Positions 1 to 7,140 of a stretch of DNA of 11,167 nucleotides are shown here, one piece after another. The stretch comes from Octopus sinensis (lineage: Eukaryota), in NCBI RefSeq assembly GCF_006345805.1, contig NW_021827077.1:1-11167 (forward strand). The letters run 5' to 3'. The number at the start of each line of letters is the position of its first letter. Position 1 is the stretch's first letter. Below the pieces are notes generated by a model. It was not told the DNA's origin. It worked only from the letters and a program-made list of their open reading frames with translations, and did not search any database. The translations under genes were made by a program, and so were the position numbers.

Positions 1-177
1 AAAAATTTAAAATGTAAGCAGCCGTAAATAGTGACTTCATTAAATAACTATCGAATAATTATGGGCATAACTACATATGTATACCCCATCGACTTTGTTG
101 CCTCATAAATTCCATAAAATAATCGCTTAGATCCTGTTGATTGAGTGTATATTAAGATTTGATGGAAAAAAATTTTC

Positions 178-596
178 GGATCTTTTCCTTTTGAACGGCA
201 CTTTGTAACATAATTTCTAGGTAACTAAAAAGTTTTAAACTTCGTATACTGGTAGAATGTGTTTATAAAACATCATTTTCTCTTGGCTTTATTGAGAAAA
301 TTCTATAGGTTGTAAGATATTTCGTCTTTAATTTCAAGCATTTCGGCAATTTTAACCAATCGCTGACGTCCATTTAGGTAATTAACATTCTGTGCATAAA
401 TGAATATGTCCCTCGTTTAAGAAACAGATTGGGTTTATTTACATTTCTGAAGAAAAAAAGATACCCTTCCCCAACCCCTAACCCTAACTAACCCTAACTA
501 ACACTAACTCTAACCCTAAATCTAAAATAGATTGAAATGAAATAGATCGATACTGGGGCCATAATTATGGGTGACATTTTCATTTGACACCGCTAC
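178..596 (+). mobile_element. Non-autonomous DNA transposon (MITE) carrying telomere-like repeats; right end lost
   Basis: Starts GGATCTTTTCCTTTTGAACGGCAC (left TIR) and is colinear with 10532-10935 (shared blocks AAACTTCGTATACTGGTAGAATG, CTTTATTGAGAAAATTCTATAG, CCCTCGTTTAAGAAACAGATTGGG, GACACCGCTA). The right TIR is absent. Confidence 0.75.
464..520. repeat. Degenerate (CCCTAA)n telomere-like tract; G-quadruplex motif on minus strand
   Basis: CCCTTCCCCAACCCCTAACCCTAACTAACCCTAACTAACACTAACTCTAACCCTAAA; C-tracts at 464-466, 469-472, 475-478, 482-484, 492-494. Confidence 0.8.
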
Positions 597-703
597 AAAA
601 AAATCCCATTTTCCGTAGCGATGTCGTATGAAATTGTCACCCATAATTATAACCCTAGTATAGATCTATTGCATTTCAATCTATTTTAGATTTAGGGTTA
701 GAG
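508..703. repeat. Inverted repeat (89-bp arms, 18-nt loop) formed from the MITE subterminal region
   Basis: 508-596 is the reverse complement of 615-703 with about 9 mismatches by eye; loop 597-614. Confidence 0.9.
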
Positions 704-1071
704 CGAATCGACCCCAAGGCTTATTCTTTGGAAGCCTAGTACTTATTCTATCGGTCTCTTTTGCCGAACCGCTAAGTGACGGGGACGTAAACACACCAGC
801 ATCGGTTGTCAAGTGATGTTGGGGGAGGACACAGACACACAAACATACACACACACACACACACGCGCGCGCGCACACACACACACACACACATATATAC
901 ATATATACGACAGGCTTCTTTCAGTTTCCATCTACCAAATCCTCTCACAAGGCTTTGGTCGGCCCGAGACTATACTAGAAGACACTTGCCTAAGGTGCCA
1001 CGCAGTGTGACTGAACCCGGGACCATGTGGTTGGTAAGCAAGCTACTTACCACACACCCACTTCTGCGCCT
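701..1071 (-). mobile_element. tRNA-derived SINE (family A, octopus-type), 3' tail truncated
   Basis: Minus strand begins AGGCGCAGAAGTGGGTGTGTGGTAAG (A-box-like), then GGGTTCAGTCACAC (B-box-like), CACCTTAGGCAAGTGTCTTC and an internal (TG)n. Colinear with 7922-8326 and 5078-5421. Confidence 0.85.
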
Positions 1072-1472
1072 ATTAATATGACAAATTTTATTACTTGGAA
1101 ATAAATTTGGGAATAATCAAAATAAATTCCGGAAGTCACCCATGAAACAGAATTAATTATTTGGATGAAAAATAAGGTCCTATGTACATCAATTCTTTTC
1201 AAACTACGTGGCGGCAGAAGAATTATCATTGAACTTTTAAAAGGTAGGCTTAAATATTAATGTAATGCTTAAATGCAGCGATCAGTTTTCAGTTGTGTAG
1301 TTCATTGTTGCCTATCGCATACGGTAGTAGTATGCCTCGTAAGAAGAAGTCTCCGCCAACAGAGGACCAGGGTGCAATCAAACGAGCCAAGGCTGTAGCG
1401 AAGAACAGAGAGCTTCCAATGTTGTATAGGAGCTAGCTTAAAAGCCGCCCGACAGAGCGGGTTTTAAGCTAG
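1072..1472 (+). mobile_element. Probable non-autonomous Helitron-like element (3' end supported, left boundary uncertain)
   Basis: AAAAGCCGCCCGACAGAGCGGGTTTTAAG followed by CTAG|T (CTAG at 1469-1472): GC-rich hairpin then CTAG before a T, the Helitron 3' signature. Same design as 5944-5977. Confidence 0.5.
1332..1436 (+). pseudogene. 34-aa mini-ORF MPRKKKSPPTEDQGAIKRAKAVAKNRELPMLYRS*, possible N-terminal remnant of a Helitron Rep/Hel ORF
   Basis: Manual translation. Basic NLS-like start lying directly upstream of the Helitron-like 3' end; homology not verified. Confidence 0.3.
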
Positions 1473-1473
1473 T

Positions 1474-1662
1474 ATATATACACACGCACACACATATGTA
1501 TACACACACACATACACATATACGTCGGTTTACTTTCAATTTCCGTCTTCCAAATGCACCCAGAAGGCTTTGATTGGCCCGAGGCAATAGTTGAAGAATG
1601 TTGCCCATGATACCACGCAGTGGCACTGAACCCGGAACGATTAGGTTGGGAAGCAATCTTCT
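1474..1662 (-). mobile_element. Diverged SINE-A fragment (head and first half)
   Basis: TTTCCGTCTTCCAAATGCACCCAGAAGGCTTTGATTGGCCCGAGGC...CCACGCAGTGGCACTGAACCCGGAAC aligns with 915-1030 and 8175-8285. Confidence 0.75.
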
Positions 1663-1733
1663 TTATTTAATGAAATTGGCCATGAAGGCCTTATATATAG
1701 AGGGGATAGCACAAGGTGGAGACAAAAAAAAAC

Positions 1734-1765
1734 GAAGTCGTTCGGCCCCACCTACGAACGACTTC
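1734..1765. other. Perfect 11-bp stem-loop
   Basis: GAAGTCGTTCG (1734-1744) / CGAACGACTTC (1755-1765), 10-nt loop; adjacent A9 run on the left. Confidence 0.8.
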
Positions 1766-1859
1766 ATAGAATCTGTTAATACAATATTTTTTTGAACACT
1801 AGTTTATAACACAAATATTAGCGACAGTTTATTTTTCTTACCTCTCAACGCTATCAATG

Positions 1860-1990
1860 TCCTGTCTCTCTCTCTCATTCTCTCTCTCCCTCCCTGTTAC
1901 TCCCTATTCTTTGCCTCTTTGTCTTTTACTTCAACTATACTTCTTCTGCTTAATAAATTTCATTTCTCTCTTTTTACCTCTTCCTTTCAA
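1860..1990. repeat. Pyrimidine-rich low-complexity tract
   Basis: (CT)n and T/C-rich sequence. Confidence 0.7.
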
Positions 1991-2203
1991 CTAAGTGTGA
2001 CACACACTACAGGTACGTACGTAAATACGTAGATATTAGCATACTTTTATCCTCCGGAGGATATTTACATTGTGCGTCTTTCAAATATCGTAAACACTTA
2101 CTTTCTAAGGTATTGAGCCGGTGTCCAGTTTCTTGACCCAACACTCATAGTCACGGTTTTCCTCAAAGTCCTTTAATCTCGATATGTATATTGGGTCTGT
2201 CAC

Positions 2204-2607
2204 TACACAACGAAGGCACTCGAGCATCCCTTTTATGCCTGATACATCCGAGGCGGCGAACTGGCAGAAACGTTAGCACGCCGGGCGAAATGCGTAGCCG
2301 CATTTCGTCTGCCGTTGCGTTCTGAGTTCAAATTCCGCCGAGGTTGACTTTGCCTTTCATCCTTTCGGGGTCGATTAAATAAGTACCAGTTACGCACTGG
2401 GGTCGATATAATCGACTTAATCCGTTTGTCTGTCTTTGTTTGTCCCCTCTATGTTTAGCCCCTTGTGGGTAGTAAAGAAACAGATACATCCACCCCTTTA
2501 TGATACTGTCCCACGAGTCCTATTTATAACAAAATAGACTCGTGGGACAGTATCCTAAAGGTGGATGTATCAGGAGTAAAAGGGATGTTCGAGACCTTCG
2601 TTGTGTA
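2204..2607. mobile_element. Short hairpin-type MITE (~162 bp without the insert), interrupted by SINE-B
   Basis: TACACAACGAAGG...CCCTTTTATGCCTGATACATCC (2204-2249) is the reverse complement of GGATGTATCAGGAGTAAAAGGG...CCTTCGTTGTGTA (to 2607). Inner arms GATACTGTCCCACGAGTC / GACTCGTGGGACAGTATC; TA at both ends. Confidence 0.75.
2250..2482 (+). mobile_element. tRNA-derived SINE (family B), full length with 9-bp target-site duplication
   Basis: A-box-like TGGCAGAAACG, B-box GAGTTCAAATTCC. TSD GATACATCC at 2241-2249 and 2483-2491. The body GAGGTTGACTTTGCCTTTCATCCTTTCGGGGTCGAT resembles the MetaSINE-type central domain (from recall). Confidence 0.85.
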
Positions 2608-2949
2608 CCTTCTTACCACACAGCCACCCCTGTCTGTCTATGCGCATGTGTACAGAAAAAGGTTTTATTTAAATAACCGTTGTACATTAGATGTTGTGTG
2701 CATATCATACAATGAATACCATTTCTTCAACGAGAAGGATTTTATTATTATATAAATGTATAATTATAATACGTCTGTTCGTTAAACATGTCTACAATAG
2801 TTATTGGAATAAATCCTTTAAGATAAAGCTTGCGATTTGGACTGATTAACGAAGAGCTAAAACACAGTTTGCTTCTTTCGTTTTTCCATTTATGCTTTAA
2901 TGCTTTATTTCTCTTAAACAATGTAGTTATACGTGCTCAAACAAAGATT

Positions 2950-2959
2950 TATATATCTG

Positions 2960-2992
<33 letters not shown>
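2950..2992. repeat. (TA)n microsatellite
   Basis: Direct reading. Confidence 0.9.
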
Positions 2993-2996
<4 letters not shown>

Positions 2997-3044
2997 AATA
3001 TTAAATTTCTAAATATCTCATAGAGATATGTACGGTGGTGGAGC

Positions 3045-3328
3045 GATAGAGTAGTTGTATACTGTCAACTTAACGTGACAGTCCCGTATGAGAATTACAC
3101 CACCGCTGTTTAGCCCTAGGAAGCATTGAACGCTTCCTGTCGGCTTTGACACATTTCCTGTGTCCTTATATATTTACGTACGTAATATATAAGGACACAG
3201 GAAATGTGTCAAGGCCGACAGGAAGCGTTGATGCTTCCTAGGGCTAAACAGCGGTGGTGTAATTCCCTTACAGAACTGTCACGTTAAGTTGACAGTATAC
3301 AACCACTCTCTCTCTCTCTCTCTCTATC
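3045..3328. repeat. Loop-less fold-back palindrome, ~135-bp arms
   Basis: Centre TTACGT|ACGTAA between 3179 and 3180. Arms GTTGTATACTGTCAACTTAACGTGACAG...GACACATTTCCTGTGTCCTTATATA are reverse complementary with few mismatches; (TC)n expansion in the right arm (3306-3325). Confidence 0.9.

Positions 3329-3329
<1 letters not shown>

Positions 3330-3416
<87 letters not shown>
3330..3416. repeat. (TA)n/(TG)n microsatellite
   Basis: Direct reading. Confidence 0.9.
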
Positions 3417-3419
<3 letters not shown>

Positions 3420-3459
3420 TAAAAAAATGGAGTTAACGCAGGTGTAATCAAATATTTTT

Positions 3460-3542
3460 ACTTTCGACACGTTTTCGAAAATTCCACGATACTATTCAAA
3501 AGATAAAATGGTATAAACAATGCAATCTTCTCCTCAGAAAGT
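3460..3542 (-). ncRNA. Type I hammerhead ribozyme motif, left-arm copy (partly decayed)
   Basis: Minus strand ACTTT-CTGAGGA-GAAGATT...AATTTTC-GAAA-ACGT-GTC-GAAAGT; one base missing in stem I and one in stem III relative to the right copy. Confidence 0.6.
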
Positions 3543-3814
3543 GAAAAAAACCAAACTCGTAATAAGACATTTTAGCAAAAAATGATGGATTTGTATAGCG
3601 ATAGACAGAACGCTATTAATATTGTTTAAAAAAACGTTATATGATATAACGTCATAAGTAGCTAACAGAAAGAGTAAGGATATTAATAGTGAATGTTAAA
3701 TATAAAGGAAATTAAAGTTTAAATTATATATAATGATAGAGACTACTTATATGCACTAAATGTATGTTTTTGCCAATGCTTACATCTGTATGCTCGCTCT
3801 ATAACCGTGTTTAC

Positions 3815-4380
3815 ATAAGGTTAGGATAGGTTTTTCAAACAAAAAATCTCTTGCAAATCATATCTTCTCATAATAACAAACTGTTAAATATTAATACATT
3901 TACTAATACTAACATTAATTTAGCTAATACCATCCAACCCTCTAGAAATATTAATAACAAGGTTATTGTATCTGAAGTCAATTCCAATAGAATTAAGTTT
4001 ATGTCAAGATTAAAAATTCTATATACCAGTGTATAATCAGTACTCGTAATAAAGTATGATTTTACATTGGAAGCACATCGTTAGAGTTATCTAAAAGAAT
4101 GTCTATCCATTACTCAACATTTAGGGATAGAAATAAACGGAATAGTACCGGTCTCAGCAAACTGATTTGGGATTTAAAAGACCACAATGAACAATTTCAT
4201 TTAGAATGGTTGATCCTCTCAATTTCGATACCATATGACAAAGGCAAGAAATTCTGTCTTCTCTGTAATTCTGAGGTAATTTTCATTATTTTTTCTAAAA
4301 ATACTCTAGTAAATACGGTTATAGAGCGAGCATACAGATGTAAGCATTGGCAAAAACATACATTTAGTGCATATAAGTAG
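3815..4380 (+). pseudogene. Decayed C-terminal Penelope ORF: RT-EN linker plus GIY-YIG endonuclease
   Basis: Across frameshifts: KVRIGFS..NLLQIISSHNNKLLN, a decayed Cys-containing linker, then frame 1 KNSIYQCIISTRNKV*FYIGSTSLELSKRMSIHYSTFRDRNKRNSTGLSKLIWDLK...PYDKGKKFCLLCNSEV...RCKH. IY...YIG, R..H, LSK.IW.LK and C.LC..E are typical of PLE endonucleases. TGA at 4057-4059 (plausibly from CGA). Confidence 0.85.
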
Positions 4381-4581
4381 TCTCTATCATTATATATAAT
4401 TTAAACTTTAACTTCCTTTATATTTAACATTCACTATTAATATCCTTACTCTTTCTGTTAACTACTTATGACGTTATATCATATAACGTTTTTTTAAACA
4501 ATATTAATAGCGTTCTGTCTATCGCTATACAAATCCATCATTTTTTGCTAAAATGTCTTATTGACGAGTTTCGTTTTTTTC

Positions 4582-4667
4582 ACTTTCCTGAGGAGAAGAT
4601 TGCATTGTTTATACAATTTATTCTTTTGAATAGTATCAGTGGAATTTTCGAAACATGTGTCGAAAGT
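4582..4667 (+). ncRNA. Type I hammerhead ribozyme motif in the Penelope pseudo-LTR
   Basis: Stem I ACTTTC (4582-4587) / GAAAGT (4662-4667); core CTGAGGA (4588-4594); stem II GAAGATT / AATTTTC; GAAA (4650-4653); minimal stem III C-ATGT-G; GTC triplet with predicted cleavage after 4661. Confidence 0.8.
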
Positions 4668-4856
4668 AAAAATATTTGATTACACCTGCGTTAACTCCAT
4701 TTTTTATTCATATTATTCAAAATATTCAACGTAAACACGAAGTTTCTAGCTTTATAAACAAGGAGTTACAACACCTTTACTTGTGAGATTTTTGCTGCCC
4801 TGGTAACTATTTATTTATTTTTCCGTGTTAATTGTTAACAAGGTAAAAATACACTC

Positions 4857-4894
<38 letters not shown>

Positions 4895-5011
4895 CAATTA
4901 AGGACAACCTTAATAAGGAAAACTTAACAAGAAATTGTCAGGTAGATAGCGTAAAAACCTCAAGAGAAAAAAAATTTCGAAAATAATTATTTCTTATTGA
5001 ACATATTAATT

Positions 5012-5036
5012 TATATATATAGCCCTCTATATATAA

Positions 5037-5077
<41 letters not shown>
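5012..5077. repeat. (TA)n microsatellite
   Basis: Direct reading. Confidence 0.9.
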
Positions 5078-5080
<3 letters not shown>

Positions 5081-5183
5081 CGCAAGCGTGTCTGAGTGGT
5101 AAGAGCTTGCTTGCTTCGCAACCACATGGTTCAGGGTTTAGTCCCACTGCGTGCAACTTGAGCAAGTGTCTTCTACTATATAC

Positions 5184-5217
<34 letters not shown>

Positions 5218-5421
5218 TTGTCGTCTGTGTTCTCCCCACGATCGCTTGACAACGGGTATAGTGTGTTTACGTCCCCGTAATCTAGCAGTTCGGCAAAAGA
5301 AAACCATAGAATAAGAACTAGTCTTACAAAGAATAAGTCCCGGGGTCGATCTGTTCGACCAAAAGCGGTGCTCCAGTATGGACTGCAGTCAAAAGACTGA
5401 AAAGTAAGAGAATAAAAGAAT
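5078..5421 (+). mobile_element. SINE-A copy with internal deletion
   Basis: Head AGGCGCAAGCGTGTCTGAGTGGTAAG...GGGTTTAGTCCCACTGCG; tail GGGGTCGATCTGTTCGACC...GACTGAAAAGTAAGAGAATAAAAG. The segment between CTTCTACTATA and the microsatellite that other copies have is missing. Confidence 0.85.
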
Positions 5422-5429
5422 ATATAATA

Positions 5430-5976
5430 TGTATATATATATAAATAAAAGCGAAATTTCGTCTGTCCGTTTAGGACCCTGGGTCTTAGTCTATATTTGC
5501 TCTGCATAAACATGTTATACCGTTTTGGAATCAGGATAATCTCGGGATTGATAATCTGCCCTTCATTTGGTTCTTAAACATCACCATTGGGATCTGATTT
5601 AAAAGCATTTGGGTTGCTATTTCTAGCAGGTAAACCTTGGCTGGTTCACGCCATCTTGGTTGGCATTTGTCAAATGACGTGAGAGGCCAAGGGGAAGATA
5701 AATGGTATTCGCTTCGTTTATTTTATGTCGAACTAAGAACTTTGGGACAAATTGACCAACAGATGGAATTCAACTTGGGACTGGAACAATAGAATGGTTG
5801 CATTACAGAATTCTCACCCATCCTTAACATCTGGTTAAGCACCATCAGGGAATATAGTCATTGTAGACGTATTATAGCCATGCTATTTAGCTCTTTTTAG
5901 TTTTAAGCCGCAGGCCCAATCAGCCCTCTGTAGGTGCCAACCGAAAAGTCCGCACTCCGTGCGGCTTTTAAACTAG
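5430..5976 (+). mobile_element. Non-autonomous Helitron-like element
   Basis: 3' hairpin CCGCAC-TCC-GTGCGG (5950-5964) then CTTTTAAA-CTAG|T (CTAG 5973-5976). The 5' region TATATATAAATAAAAGCGAAATTTCGTCTGTCCG resembles Helitron 5' ends, but the terminal TC is not intact. Confidence 0.65.
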
Positions 5977-5977
<1 letters not shown>

Positions 5978-6035
<58 letters not shown>

Positions 6036-6042
6036 TATATAT
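5978..6042. repeat. (TA)n microsatellite
   Basis: Direct reading. Confidence 0.9.
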
Positions 6043-6159
6043 ACTTAATAATTAAGGTTCAGCAAAGATTTGCTTTACCACATACCGAAGTTTAGAAATA
6101 GCAGCCCAAAAACTTCGGTATGTGGTAAAGCAACTCTTTGAACCCTAATTATTAAGTAT
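6041..6159. repeat. Short hairpin element (~52-bp arms, 16-nt loop), MITE-like
   Basis: ATACTTAATAATTAAGGTTC...TGCTTTACCACATACCGAAGTTT / AAACTTCGGTATGTGGTAAAGCA...GAACCCTAATTATTAAGTAT; loop 6094-6109. Confidence 0.85.
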
Positions 6160-6309
6160 TACTTAGTTTACCATGAAATGGTCCTTTTTTCATGCCGAAT
6201 TATACTTGGTGAAACTATTGATTACTTCTTAATTCATTAATTTTACCCTTTGTTATTATTGATATATAATATATATTATATATAATATATATATATATAT
6301 ATTATAATA

Positions 6310-6550
6310 GTTTATCGCCAAGCTAACCTGGCATTCCAGAAAAATAGGATGAATGCTGCTGTTGATTAGTTCCAGGAGGCCATCGCCTCTAGCTAACTAT
6401 GTGACACACGAACCTGTGTGTCCATTATAACCTTCGGACAAGGGAGGTCAGCCGCTTCCCCTTGCTGGACTGGCATCTACAGACTAGTTTCAGGCTATTT
6501 GCCCCTTATCAAAGTAGAGCAGCCGAACTGAGCAGGCGTCACTACTGACC
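6310..6550. mobile_element. GC-richer multi-hairpin repeat fragment, possibly a LINE (RTE-type) terminal region
   Basis: Hairpins GAGGC/GCCTC, GACACAC/GTGTGTC, CAAGGG/CCCTTG; patchy similarity to the 3045-3328 arms. The family assignment is inference. Confidence 0.35.
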
Positions 6551-6564
6551 GTATATATATATTT

Positions 6565-6700
6565 ATGAGTGTATATATGTGCATGTGTTCGGGTAGGCGC
6601 GTGTGTGTGCGTGTTGTGTATGTGTTCTTGTGTGTGTTTGTCCCCCACCAGCGCTTAACAACCGGTGTTGGTGTGTTTACCTTTGTATGGCCTTCGTTAA
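6565..6700 (+). mobile_element. SINE-A middle fragment with (TG)n
   Basis: TGTGTTTGTCCCCCACCAGCGCTTAACAACCGGTGTTGGTGTGTTTAC matches 5216-5270 and the reverse complement of 790-835. Confidence 0.65.
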
Positions 6701-7140
6701 GGTTAATTATCTATTATCCGATAGTACTTATGCGGCTACATTCAACCTCGTCCTTGATCTTACCATAGAACTAAAATCGCGCCATTATAAACATCGCTAT
6801 GAAATAGAAAGCAACATCGAAATTCAAGCCTCATTAATACAATGTCAAATTTGATGCAACCCACGATTAGCAGAAAAATATCACATTTCACCGTTTGTGT
6901 GATGTATAATTTGAGCCGATTGCAATTACTGTTAAAAATTTGCTTATTTTCCCTCGAAGCTAAGTTAATTCCTAAACAGAACGACTATACCTTGTGCGTC
7001 GTGTATTATAAAGTTCTCCATAACTATTGCCCAAGATCATGCCACTGGCCATTCTGAATTATTTCCTATAATTCATTTGTTTTTTAATTATGCAAATATC
7101 TTAAGGTCTTTTGTTTTTCCTCTCCTGTTTTTGTAAATAC

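Larger units (their letters stand above)
3413..4713 (+). mobile_element. Penelope-like retroelement, 5'-truncated, with inverted pseudo-LTR
   Basis: 3413-3814 is the reverse complement of 4309-4713 (about a dozen differences by eye). The spacer encodes a GIY-YIG remnant whose last codons run into the right arm; hammerhead motif in each arm. Confidence 0.85.

Noticed and set aside
464-520. True telomere or chromosome-fusion scar
   Set aside because: The tract is short, degenerate and sits at the same position inside both copies of a dispersed MITE.
681-1081. ORFs at 681-1081, 1438-1656, 5037-5513, 6565-6768 and 8055-8357
   Set aside because: All lie in SINE-A copies and their microsatellites; the recurring peptides (PGTMWLVS, CVCVCV) reflect the repeat.
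2048-2063. 16-bp perfect palindrome TATCCTCCGGAGGATA
   Set aside because: Isolated, with no supporting context; cannot be distinguished from chance.
2250-2345. tRNA gene (A/B boxes here and in SINE-A heads)
   Set aside because: No complete cloverleaf; boxes are followed by SINE bodies, tails and a TSD.
4555-4580. Second hammerhead core at TTGACGAG
   Set aside because: Lacks the C of CUGANGA, has no matching GAAA or stem set, and is not conserved in the left arm.
6310-6550. Canonical HDV-like ribozyme (GGTCAGT/GCTGACC pairing, GCTAA motifs)
   Set aside because: I could not place P3/L3/P1.1 in the required order on either strand.
7090-7097. Octamer motif ATGCAAAT
   Set aside because: A single 8-mer in AT-rich DNA is expected by chance.
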